Notes under the pieces: generated by a model
The model's database searches: none
What the model saw: only the letters and a program-made list of their open reading frames with translations
Told to the model about the DNA's origin: nothing
In this document: in pieces, positions 45,201 to 53,131 of the stretch
Layout of the letters: every line of letters begins with the position of its first letter
Numbering within the stretch: position 1 is the first letter of the stretch
Made by a program: the position numbers and the translations under genes
Virus record (IMG/VR): IMGVR_UViG_3300045256_000822
Location: 1-58,085 of that record
DNA: 58,085 nucleotides
Direction: 5' to 3' (one strand)
DNA from: a virus
Lineage: Duplodnaviria > Caudoviricetes

Positions 45201-48200
45201 GGCCGGCCGCAAGGGAGGCTCGCTCTACCACGCCGCCCCAGGTTGGACCGAAGCCCGCATCAAGCGGGAAATCGCGCGCGGCCTGTCGGCGATCGACGAC
45301 CTCTCGCGACGGAAGACCGGCCAGGTCATGGCGGCGATGTATCGGCCGGACCTTGGGCCGATCACGTTCGACTGGGGCCAGCCGGGCACCGGGCCGCGCT
45401 TCAAGAAGGGTGCAGGGGTGAGCCACATCCTCGCCAAGCACGGCGAGGCGGTCCTGAAGCGCATGCCGGAAGTAATCGCCCGCGGCAATATCGACCGGCT
45501 GCAGGGGCCCGAGGTCGGGCGGCGGGTCCATATCAGCTACGACGGGCACAGGGCCGTGCTCTCCCTGTGGCGCCACGGGGCGCAGGAGACCTGGCTTCTG
45601 ACGGGCTGGGATGAAGGGAACCCCGGCGGAATTGGCGGAGTGTACGGTCCGGCCAACCCTACGCTCTCCGGGCCTATGCGTTCTCGTCCCGAAGGGGGAG
45701 CGGGGTCCTCCGGTAATATAAGTGCAGCCAAGCCTGGCAGCAAGTTGCAGGCCGGCATGGCGATTTCCGGGGTCCCAGGCGTGACCCGCGTCGAGCGGGT
45801 GGCTCCGGACATGATCGGCGTCTACCGGTTGACCCCGGAAATGGAGGCGCGCCGCGCCCAGCTCGAGCCGCAGCTGCGCGCGATCGTGCAGCGGATGGCG
45901 GGTGGCAACGCGCCGGCGCTGACCGTCGTAGACACCCTGTTCACCGACAACCCGGACGACCAGGGCGCGCATTTCGGGTCCTACTCGCCACTGGCGAACC
46001 TCATAGCTATCTCGACTCAGTCTCCCGATCCGATCGGCACCGTCCGCCATGAGACCATCCATCTCCTGCGGCAGCTCGGGATCATCGATCGTGCGGCATG
46101 GAGGACCCTCGAAACCACCGCCATGGAGCGGAACTGGATCGGCAAGCACGACATCGAAACCCGGTATCCCGGCGCCGACGGCGATCTGATGCTCGAAGAG
46201 GCGATCGCAGATGAATTCGGCCGGCGCGCGACGTGGCTGCAGCTGCCGCCCGCGGTCAATGCCGTCTTCCGCAAGGTCGACGAGTTCTTCCGGCGCGTGC
46301 GCGCGGCCGTGCGGCGTGTGTTCGGCCGGGAGCCGGACTTCAAGGACCTTTTCACCGCGATCGAGCGCGGGTGGTACGCGGAGCAGCAGCCGTCGGAACC
46401 GGCAACGGAGCGCGCGGCCGCTCAGCGCGCCGTTGAGGATTTCAGCACCATGCAGGCCCAGGCGGTGCGCGACGACACCAGGCCGGAGAAGAAAGAGGCG
46501 ACTCTCCGGTCAGCGCTCGACACGCTGCACTCGAAGCCGCCGACCACTCCGGCACGGCCACTGCCTTTCGAGCATGATCTCGGCGGCTTCCAGCGGTCGA
46601 TGATCCACCCGCGCACGATTGCGGCGATGTACCCAGCCTTCACACCCGTGTGGAATGCCGGCGTCAAGCAATTCGCCACGCGCGATCGCGTTGCCGGCGA
46701 ACTGATCGGCCTGAAGGAGGCTTACGACAAGCTCTCCAACGAGCAGAAGGCGAACGTCAACAAGGTGCTCGAGCTGGGGCGCTTGCAGGGCGAGACGTTC
46801 CGGCCAGGCACCGACGGTCGGATTGTGACGCGCAACACGGTCGGCACGGCCGGAACCGGAAGCATCGGCGGTGCTGCGCTCTCGAAGGCCGGCGAGACCG
46901 TGACGCTGAGCCCGGACGAGGCGCTGGGCTATCTCGCCGTGCGGCGGACGATGGACAGGGCCCTCGACCTGTTCAAGGACCAGATGCTGCGCGAGTGGGG
47001 CTTCGACCCGTCGCTGCCCGGCACGCCCAAGACCGCACGCGAGTTCGAGGAGATGGCCAAGGAGGCCTCGGACGCGGGGGACGCGCCGACGGCGGAACGG
47101 CTGGGCAAGATCGCCAACGTCCTCGCCGAGGTCGAAATGGCACGCAAGCGCGGCTACGTGCCGTTCACGCGCTTCGGCCAGTGGTACGTCACGGTGCGCT
47201 CCGGTGATTCCGACATCGTGCATCGCGAACACTTCGAGGTGCCAGGCGGCACCTGGCGCGGGCCCGTGGGAGCCATCCAGCGCCGCCGCTGGGCGGCGAC
47301 GATCGAGGAGCGCCGGCGCGAGCTGATGCGCATGTACCCGCGAAGCGCCGGCTTCACGGTCTCGAATGTCCAACGCGTCACGCCGAAGACGATCGAGGAC
47401 CTGCCGAGCCTCGCCGATATCAGCGGGCTCCTGTCGGCGGCGCACCTCGACGTTGCGACGGCGGCGCGGGTCGAGGAAGCCGTGAACCGCGTGATCAAGG
47501 AGATGGGCTTTCGCAAGCACTTCATCAACGCGCGGAACGTCGCGGGATATTCGGCCGACTTCGACCGGAGCCTTGCGGACTACGTCACAGGGCTCGCCGG
47601 CTATCTGGGGCGGCGCGCGGCACGGGATGATTTCGAGGAAGCGTTGGCGCGGATTCCGAACGACACGTCGAAGCTGAAGCGCTACGCGACCGACTGGCAC
47701 GAGTACATCCAGGCGCCGAGCGAGGAATGGGCGCGGCTGCGGCAGGCGGGATTCCTCTATTACCTTGCTGGCCGCATTTCGAGCGCCGCGGTGAACCTGA
47801 CTCAGGTCCCCGTCGTCACGATGCCGTATCTCTCGCAATTCGCGGATCCGGCGCGCGTGAACATCCAGCTGGGGCGGGCCTATACCGATCTCTCGCAGAT
47901 GATGTCGGTCGACGCGGCGAAGAAGCTGACCATCTTCGACCCCGACAAGGCGCCCGAGGACGTGCGCGCCGACCTGAAGAAGGCTTTCGCGGACGGGACG
48001 CTTGTCCCGCTCGAAACGTTCCAAGAGATGGCGAAGGCGCACGGACGCACGCCGAGGGGCCGCCAGATCGAGCGAGGTGCCCGGAAGGCGATGGACCTTG
48101 CGGCACTGGCGTTCAGCGCTGCCGAGCGCGTCAACCGCATTGCCACGTTCATCGCCGCACACCGCCTCGCGCGCATGCCCGGCGTGATGGCCAAGGCCAG

Positions 48201-49350
48201 CCACGTCCTCGCCAGCAATGAGCTATGGGCCTCGTCGGACGAGTGGCGGACGCCGGCCGGCTTCGCGAAATGGGCCAGCGACGAGACGCACTACGTCATG
48301 GGTAAGCTGAATCGCCCGACGTTCATGCGCGGGCCCGGCTCGCTGATCTTCCAGTTCAAAGGGTTCACCGCGAACACGCTGGAGCTGTTCTGGCGCATGG
48401 GCTTCATGCACGAGGGGGCGGCGGGGAAGGGGGCTCTCGCTCTGTCCGCGCTGATGCTGCTCGTCTTCGGTGGTCTGTTCGGCCTGCCCGGCGCCGACGA
48501 CCTGAAGGAGTGGGCCGAGTATGTCTACAAGAAGGTCACGGACAAGGATATCGACCTTGAGCGCGAACTGCGCGCGATCGCCGGCGGGGGACTGCTGGGC
48601 CGCATGGTCGCTCGAGGACCCGCGCGCGAGGTGACCGGCGTCGACCTCTCGAAGCGAGTCGGCATGGGCGACATCATGCCGAACCCTGGCTTCGGTGATG
48701 ACGCGCTCCGTCAGGTCGCGCCGCTGCTTGGCGTGCCATTCGATCTTCTCGTGATGCGTCCCCTCGACGCGGGCACGGCCGTCGGCCGCGGTGACCCCCT
48801 CAGCGCCGCAATCCGGCTGTCTCCGGAAGCGATCGCGGACCCGCTCCGTGCCTTGCAATGGCAGACACGCGGATCGGTCGCGCGACTCACGGGGCGGAAG
48901 ATCCTCGACCGCGATCAGACTCTGCCGACTGGCGAGACCCTGCGAGATCCCGCGAACCTCGCGAAGCGGGCCATGGGCTTCCAACCTACTGGTGTTGCGC
49001 GCGCCATGGAGGAATACGGCGCCATCAACCGCGCCTCGCGCGCGGCGAATGACCTTTCGGCGACGTTCAACACGCGCCTTGCGTCCGCAATGGTCGCCGA
49101 ACAGCGCGCCGAGACCCCAGAGGCCCAGGCGAAAGCGCGCGCGGATCAGGAATCGGTGCTGCGCGACATCGAACGGCACAACCTCACGGCACCCGACCAC
49201 CTCCAGGTCGTGCCGTTCCAGAAGGGCCGCCCCAGCCCCGGCCTGCGCGCCGCCCTCGAGCGCGAGAACTACGGGTCCTACGCGACCCAGGACAAGCGCC
49301 TGCCGAAGAAGGCGCGCGGCGAAGCCGAAGCCATCCGTCCACTCTACTGA
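42268..49350 (+). CDS. Giant polyvalent ejection protein: lytic transglycosylase + inorganic-pyrophosphatase-like + PBECR nuclease + metallopeptidase + PLxRFG + helical C-terminus
   Basis: VESGG/GVAQIMP/AYNWGPG/ET..YV; YGYIKRT.G.DGDQVDV/FDEHK; ITFDWG/GVSHILAKH/WLLTGW; HETIH; YVPFTRFG. Confidence 0.9.
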   Translation: MKLVEVDHDPFTQPDPQLVDAVLSVESGGRADAVSPKGATGVAQIMPATARSPGYGVEPLSDPSDPEQSRRFGQQYLGAMIRKYGDVDTALMAYNWGPGNVDRWIAGGRTGPVPNETSSYVEKVKAKGPRLVPVEGDPFKQPSQSAQPKFTPVEGNPFEAAPAEPSEQPDEPFLTDPRWRRARPPLQSTMVKERLRAGTYGLGAGLSAAGATTAASMLDTFDRIDSGENVPESDDPVGYQHMNEEQRRQARADMQASLGRNVTTMVQRQAEAGKTPPSETTQRALNAKTWGEFWDAFTDAPGRFIVETGLESLPASAPGLLLGGGAGALRGRVAAMLGMGGGSFAVDFATQLVDALNDAGVDVSDPAAVEAALRDPEMNRAIRQRAALHAGPVAALDAASAGLATKTLVPRAVAKPIVREALNIPAQVGAQGALGGAGEALGELASGQELQPGQIMAEIAGEAFGAPAEVASLAGARDHAAPATPPRPGPSAADLKEVLEDKRPVEEIMAERQRAAEAEHEQLTRDRLVAQVQQETGDTAMADAFRKALEGKGARTEPMDVETGADVDAAAAQADPEPTPAQADAGNYRKGHIRIDGLDIAIETARGDVRTGIGSDGQPWSSVAPAHYGYIKRTVGKDGDQVDVYVGDNPQSGLVTVIDQIDPETGRFDEHKIVLGADSQAEALALYDAGFNDGSGAARRGAATTMTMPEFKAWLAKGDTKKPLAYRPAAPVSSPAVEPAAPPPAPVAPSVEPGAVVSTISVGATVTVDTADGEQDGTVQERWLRQGVPYMRVVDDNGETIYEGPMSAATPVASMLQRGFGEKGVQYSLALDIPKAERAREQPQPTSEPAQSAQAQSDFERSAVAPSSAGRPDLVVHDTIDGRPVTYTAPDLLHRRLLSYALDLDAGRRRPRERSALFKAFKPLIVEDFAKPADLDQLAADYLENLRANAHDRKLSTLNAELVVEPDLQAEYWRTKVMAGRKGGSLYHAAPGWTEARIKREIARGLSAIDDLSRRKTGQVMAAMYRPDLGPITFDWGQPGTGPRFKKGAGVSHILAKHGEAVLKRMPEVIARGNIDRLQGPEVGRRVHISYDGHRAVLSLWRHGAQETWLLTGWDEGNPGGIGGVYGPANPTLSGPMRSRPEGGAGSSGNISAAKPGSKLQAGMAISGVPGVTRVERVAPDMIGVYRLTPEMEARRAQLEPQLRAIVQRMAGGNAPALTVVDTLFTDNPDDQGAHFGSYSPLANLIAISTQSPDPIGTVRHETIHLLRQLGIIDRAAWRTLETTAMERNWIGKHDIETRYPGADGDLMLEEAIADEFGRRATWLQLPPAVNAVFRKVDEFFRRVRAAVRRVFGREPDFKDLFTAIERGWYAEQQPSEPATERAAAQRAVEDFSTMQAQAVRDDTRPEKKEATLRSALDTLHSKPPTTPARPLPFEHDLGGFQRSMIHPRTIAAMYPAFTPVWNAGVKQFATRDRVAGELIGLKEAYDKLSNEQKANVNKVLELGRLQGETFRPGTDGRIVTRNTVGTAGTGSIGGAALSKAGETVTLSPDEALGYLAVRRTMDRALDLFKDQMLREWGFDPSLPGTPKTAREFEEMAKEASDAGDAPTAERLGKIANVLAEVEMARKRGYVPFTRFGQWYVTVRSGDSDIVHREHFEVPGGTWRGPVGAIQRRRWAATIEERRRELMRMYPRSAGFTVSNVQRVTPKTIEDLPSLADISGLLSAAHLDVATAARVEEAVNRVIKEMGFRKHFINARNVAGYSADFDRSLADYVTGLAGYLGRRAARDDFEEALARIPNDTSKLKRYATDWHEYIQAPSEEWARLRQAGFLYYLAGRISSAAVNLTQVPVVTMPYLSQFADPARVNIQLGRAYTDLSQMMSVDAAKKLTIFDPDKAPEDVRADLKKAFADGTLVPLETFQEMAKAHGRTPRGRQIERGARKAMDLAALAFSAAERVNRIATFIAAHRLARMPGVMAKASHVLASNELWASSDEWRTPAGFAKWASDETHYVMGKLNRPTFMRGPGSLIFQFKGFTANTLELFWRMGFMHEGAAGKGALALSALMLLVFGGLFGLPGADDLKEWAEYVYKKVTDKDIDLERELRAIAGGGLLGRMVARGPAREVTGVDLSKRVGMGDIMPNPGFGDDALRQVAPLLGVPFDLLVMRPLDAGTAVGRGDPLSAAIRLSPEAIADPLRALQWQTRGSVARLTGRKILDRDQTLPTGETLRDPANLAKRAMGFQPTGVARAMEEYGAINRASRAANDLSATFNTRLASAMVAEQRAETPEAQAKARADQESVLRDIERHNLTAPDHLQVVPFQKGRPSPGLRAALERENYGSYATQDKRLPKKARGEAEAIRPLY
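45618..45743 (-). ncRNA. Putative intragenic antisense promoter (TTGCTG-N17-TATATT, 45743-45715) and ~91-nt structured RNA (45708-45618)
   Basis: Predicted +1 coincides with the first base of an 8-bp closing stem; internal UUCG hairpin and long hairpin. Confidence 0.55.
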
Positions 49351-49358
49351 GGCTCACC

Positions 49359-49844
49359 ATGATGACCGTGATCGTCTGCGCCCTCGCCGGCGCGGTGCTC
49401 TTCCGCGTGCGCGGCGGCCTTCTCGACCTCTGGCATATCGATATCGGCACCGTGCGAGGTCGGATCGCCTGGTCGTCTCTCGGCGTCCTCGTGGCGCTTC
49501 TTGCCGTCGATTGGAGGCTCGTCGGGCTCTGCCCGCTGCTGCTGGCCGGCACATTCATGGGCTGGCCGCGCTCGATCGACATGGGCCGGAACGAAGGCGA
49601 ATGGCAGGTCGATTTCTACGCGCACATGGGGCGCGGGATCTTCTTCACGTTGCCGTGCGCGCCGCTCCTGTGGCTGGTCACCGGTAACGACTGGTTCGGC
49701 TATGTCGGCCTGCTCGCCGGACCGCTGTACGAACTCGGTTGGCGCACGCCGTCCAAGATACCGGGCTTCTTGCGAGGGGCCGAGATGGGCGAAGCGTATT
49801 TCGGTGCTGCGATCGGCGCCGCACTGGCCGTGGCGGTGCCATGA
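49359..49844 (+). CDS. Multi-pass membrane protein
   Basis: Several hydrophobic helices; RVRGG and E..E..FG motifs. Confidence 0.75.
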   Translation: MMTVIVCALAGAVLFRVRGGLLDLWHIDIGTVRGRIAWSSLGVLVALLAVDWRLVGLCPLLLAGTFMGWPRSIDMGRNEGEWQVDFYAHMGRGIFFTLPCAPLLWLVTGNDWFGYVGLLAGPLYELGWRTPSKIPGFLRGAEMGEAYFGAAIGAALAVAVP

Positions 49845-50098
49845 CCGAAGATGAAGTCCGGAAAATCGTCCAGCAGAGCGTGCACGAGACGCTCACGACG
49901 CTCGGCATGGACGTCTCGGATCCTGAAGCCGTGCTCGCCCTCCAAGCTGATCACGCTTACCTGCGCCGCTCGCGGCTCGGCGCCGACGAAGTCGCGAAAT
50001 GGGTCAAGCGCGGCGTCATCACGGCCGGGACAAGCGGGCTGCTCTACACCGCTTGGGAAGGCTTCAAAGGCGCCCTGCGCCTGAAAGGAGGCGGCTGA
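49841..50098 (+). CDS. Small membrane protein, holin/antiholin candidate
   Basis: ETLTTLG.D...QAD..YLRR plus C-terminal hydrophobic helix; coupled to the endolysin. Confidence 0.65.
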   Translation: MTEDEVRKIVQQSVHETLTTLGMDVSDPEAVLALQADHAYLRRSRLGADEVAKWVKRGVITAGTSGLLYTAWEGFKGALRLKGGG

Positions 50099-50490
50099 TG
50101 GACTGGACGTGGCCGCATTTCACGCCGGGCGAACTGGCATGCAAAGGGGACGGAGCACTGAAGTTCCATCCCGGCTTCATGGAAGCGCTCGAGGCGCTGC
50201 GCGTGGCATTCGGCCGCGCCATGACCGTGACCGGCTGCTGCCGGACGAAGGCCTACAACATCCAGATCAACGGCCATCCGCGATCGCTGCACATCTGCGA
50301 CGAGCCGCAGCACCCAGGACAGCAGGGGACGCTCGCGGCCGACATTGCTGTAGCCAGCGTCGTCGACGCGCGCGAGCTCGGGCTGCTCGCCATGACGCTG
50401 GGATGGTCTGTCGGCGTGCCGAAGGCCGGCTTCATCCATCTCGATCGCCGGGACCTCATCGGGCTGCCGCGCGGCCTGTTCGGCTACTGA
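50098..50490 (+). CDS. Endolysin, peptidase M15A family
   Basis: HFTPGELAC, R...N...G...SLH, AADI, FIHLD. Confidence 0.88.
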   Translation: MDWTWPHFTPGELACKGDGALKFHPGFMEALEALRVAFGRAMTVTGCCRTKAYNIQINGHPRSLHICDEPQHPGQQGTLAADIAVASVVDARELGLLAMTLGWSVGVPKAGFIHLDRRDLIGLPRGLFGY

Positions 50491-50501
50491 GGAGCGGGAC
50501 C

Positions 50502-50693
50502 ATGAACAAGAGTTGGCGGAAGTCGAAGACGCTCTGGTTCAACGCTGTCGTCTCGGGGCTCGTAGCCGCCGAGGCCGGCATGGGCGTCCTGCAGCCGGTC
50601 GTACCGGTGAACATCTATGCGACTGCCGTTTTCGTGCTCGGCGTGGGGAACGCGGTGCTGCGGTTCCTGACTTCTCAGGGCATCGGCAAGTGA
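50502..50693 (+). CDS. Holin (2 TM)
   Basis: WRKSKTLWFN...NAVLRFLT; GAGGAG RBS. Confidence 0.7.
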   Translation: MNKSWRKSKTLWFNAVVSGLVAAEAGMGVLQPVVPVNIYATAVFVLGVGNAVLRFLTSQGIGK

Positions 50694-51067
50694 TCGTGCC
50701 GATCTGGGTGTATGCGGCAGCTGCCGCGGTCATCGCCGTGTCGAGCTTCGTCGCCGGCTCCAAGGTGGCCACCGACCACTGGAAGGCGCAGCTGGTCTCG
50801 GCGCAGCAGGATCACGACGAAGACATGAGGGAAGCCAATGAGCGCAATAACGACCTCGCGCGCCAGCTCGAGGAGAGCCGCGCCAGTGTTCGGGTGGTCT
50901 ACCGCACCATCAACCGCGCGGTGGAGAAGGTGGTCGAGAGGCCTGTATATCGCGCTGAGTGCGTCGACGATGACGGCCTGCGGCTCGCTAACGATGCCCT
51001 CGCAGGACGCGCCCCTGATCCCGGCAAACCTGACGGCGCCGTGCCCGGACCTAAGCCCGCTCGATGA
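50690..51067 (+). CDS. i-spanin (Rz-like)
   Basis: N-terminal TM, coiled coil, VERPVYRAECVDDDGLRL. Confidence 0.8.
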   Translation: MIVPIWVYAAAAAVIAVSSFVAGSKVATDHWKAQLVSAQQDHDEDMREANERNNDLARQLEESRASVRVVYRTINRAVEKVVERPVYRAECVDDDGLRLANDALAGRAPDPGKPDGAVPGPKPAR

Positions 51068-51173
51068 TAAGACCGGTGCGGCACTCGTCGCGAAGCTGGT
51101 CGAGGTCAGCGAGCAGTATTATGAGTGTCGGGCGCGGCACCGGGCGCTGAGCGAATCTGTCGGCAAACCTTAA
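50838..51173 (+). CDS. o-spanin (Rz1-like lipoprotein), start uncertain
   Basis: Overlaps Rz in another frame; MTAC lipobox-like; PANLTAPCP...YYECRARH. Confidence 0.7.
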   Translation: MSAITTSRASSRRAAPVFGWSTAPSTARWRRWSRGLYIALSASTMTACGSLTMPSQDAPLIPANLTAPCPDLSPLDDKTGAALVAKLVEVSEQYYECRARHRALSESVGKP

Positions 51174-51361
51174 CGCCCGCGAATCGCAAACACAGCCACC
51201 CTGAGCGGTTCGCAAGGCATTGTTACGCCCCAGATTTTGCGCGCCGCCCCCTGCGACTCGTTAAGAACTGGGACTTTTGGTTATCGGAATCAATGTGTTG
51301 CAGAAGCAAAAAGGCTGACTCATACTTCCGGAACTCCGTGGCCGCCCTCCCGAGTCGTTAG

Positions 51362-52126
51362 ATGTCTTCCGCCGTCCAACGAAGGTTCGATCCGACCGGC
51401 CCCATGCCTTCGAGAACTCGTTACCGCGCCCCGACAGAGATCGTCGCGGTCACGCTCAAGGAGTTGATGGCGGCGACGGGTCGGGCTGCGCTCAAAGAGC
51501 AGCAGTTCGATATGTTGCGTTCTGCGGGCACTGCCGGCGGCCGAGACGACGTGCGCGTCTTCTACGCGGGCGATGTCACATTGCTCAGTCGGCGTTGCGT
51601 GTCGATCGTTGGCACGCGTGAGGTTACCGAAGCCGGCCGGCTGCGTGCGTCACGCTTGGCAAGGGAATTGGTTGCGGCGGGTGTCGCCGTTGTGAGTGGC
51701 CTTGCAAAGGGCGTCGACACTGCGGCGATGACAAGCGCGATCGAAGCCGGAGGCAAGACCATCGGCGTAATCGGGACGCCCCTGAACAAGGCGTATCCCG
51801 CCGAGAACGCGGAACTTCAAGAGCAAGTCTGGAAGCGCTTTTTGCTGCTGACGCCCTTCGCCGTTGGCGAACCCACATTCAAAAGCAGCTTTCCGAAGCG
51901 CAATCGGGTCATGGCCGCCCTCACCGACGCGACCGTGATTGTAGAGGCGTCGGATACGTCTGGAACGCTCCATCAGGCGGCAGAGTGTCAGCGGATAGGC
52001 CGCTGGCTGTTCATCATGAAGTCGGTCGCCGAAGATCCCAGTCTGAAGTGGCCACGTTCGTTCCTGACTGGCCCCAAGACTGCGGTCCTCGAGAATACCG
52101 AGGACATTATTCGCGCGATCGGGTGA
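51362..52126 (+). CDS. DprA/Smf-like Rossmann-fold protein (ShosA-like)
   Basis: SIVGTR, VVSGLAKGVD, YPAEN, FPKRNRVM, VIVEA..SGT. Confidence 0.9.
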   Translation: MSSAVQRRFDPTGPMPSRTRYRAPTEIVAVTLKELMAATGRAALKEQQFDMLRSAGTAGGRDDVRVFYAGDVTLLSRRCVSIVGTREVTEAGRLRASRLARELVAAGVAVVSGLAKGVDTAAMTSAIEAGGKTIGVIGTPLNKAYPAENAELQEQVWKRFLLLTPFAVGEPTFKSSFPKRNRVMAALTDATVIVEASDTSGTLHQAAECQRIGRWLFIMKSVAEDPSLKWPRSFLTGPKTAVLENTEDIIRAIG

Positions 52127-52794
52127 TGCCCGAGACGCTTCGCGTATGGTCGGTGATCTCCTACCTCACGGAGGTAGAGGGCCTGACGTGGCGCCAAGAC
52201 GACTACACCGCCAACAAGATCATCAAAGCTGTCAAAGGCGAAGAATTCAAAGGGTACTTCGACGTCAAGATCGGGAACCAGCAGAAGCGCTTCGACAAGA
52301 CCAACATCGCCCAGTTTATGCCGGTGCTGTACCAGGCAGTAGGCAACAAGATAAAGGAACTGATAGGCAACCGCGTCACGCTGGTGCCGATCCCAAATTC
52401 TAAGGCTACGATTAGGGATCGGACCGACTTCCGCACGCTCGTCCATGCCCGCGCGATAGCGGAGTCCATCGGCAATTCCGCCGGCGCATCGGCCGCATTG
52501 CGATGGAGGTCGGAAAAGACGCCGGCGCACAAAGGCGGCAGCCGCGACCCTCAGGTGCACTACGAAAACCTCAAGGTGATGGACCTGCCAACCGGCGCGG
52601 TGGTCCTGTTCGATGACGTCCTCACCAGCGGCAGCCAGATCGTCGGGGCTTGCCGGCGATTGACAGCCGCGGGCGTAGAGCCGGTTTTCGCAATCGTGAT
52701 CGGACGCGCAGTCAAAGCGCAGCTTGAGGTCTTCGAGTGGCGACACGAAGACGTGCAGGTTGTGGAACGACCGTTTAATTGGGATGAGTTCTAA
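52126..52794 (+). CDS. Type I phosphoribosyltransferase-fold protein (ShosT-like)
   Basis: LVPIPNS and PRPP loop VVLFDDVLTSGS; TGATG-coupled to the DprA-like gene. Confidence 0.85.
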   Translation: MPETLRVWSVISYLTEVEGLTWRQDDYTANKIIKAVKGEEFKGYFDVKIGNQQKRFDKTNIAQFMPVLYQAVGNKIKELIGNRVTLVPIPNSKATIRDRTDFRTLVHARAIAESIGNSAGASAALRWRSEKTPAHKGGSRDPQVHYENLKVMDLPTGAVVLFDDVLTSGSQIVGACRRLTAAGVEPVFAIVIGRAVKAQLEVFEWRHEDVQVVERPFNWDEF

Positions 52795-52818
52795 CCAGAA
52801 GCCTCCCTGTTCAAATGA

Positions 52819-52848
52819 CCCCGGCGCCGAAAGGTGTCAGGGCTTTTT
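52819..52848 (+). terminator. Intrinsic terminator
   Basis: CCC-C-GGCGCC-GAAA-GGTGTC-A-GGG-CTTTTT. Confidence 0.65.
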
Positions 52849-52936
52849 CGTTCAGTGGCCCAAGCACGATGAGAAATAGGAAAAAACCAGCGCCAAACTG
52901 CCGCCCATCATCTCGCCCGGTCCCATAGTTTACTCC

Positions 52937-53131
52937 CTAATTTACCGCCTCGTCCGGCGCCCGCCGCAGCTGTTTATTGCCTCGACGATGCGGACCCACA
53001 CGCGTTGGCCATCCGTGTCGTTCTCGGCACCGTACTCGTCAGCGCGCATGGCGGCCTGGATCGCAGACTTCCTCGCCGTAGCGCTTAATGAAGATGTTCG
53101 CCGTGGCGTAGATGTCTCGGTCGGAGATCAT
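52937..53131 (-). pseudogene. Frameshifted small alphaproteobacterial protein (DUF6961-like)
   Basis: MISDRDIYATANIFIKRYGEE / SAIQAAMRADE...DG.RVW.RIVEAI / QLRRAPDEAVN; needs two frameshifts. Confidence 0.6.

Larger units (their letters stand above)
852..51173. mobile_element. Temperate podovirus-like prophage core (integrase to spanins); flanking accessory genes 1-846 and 51362-58085 may also belong to it
   Basis: Complete ordered set of integration, immunity, recombination, replication, packaging, head, short-tail, ejection and lysis modules. No att repeats identified, so boundaries are approximate. Confidence 0.93.

Noticed and set aside
45618-45708. tRNA gene
   Set aside because: Similar size and closing stem, but no TTC T-loop, D-loop consensus or CCA end; kept as a non-tRNA structured RNA candidate.
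52854-52926. Short minus-strand ORF with RBS (MGPGEMMGG...)
   Set aside because: Only 24 codons, apparently frameshifted in a T-run; too little evidence.
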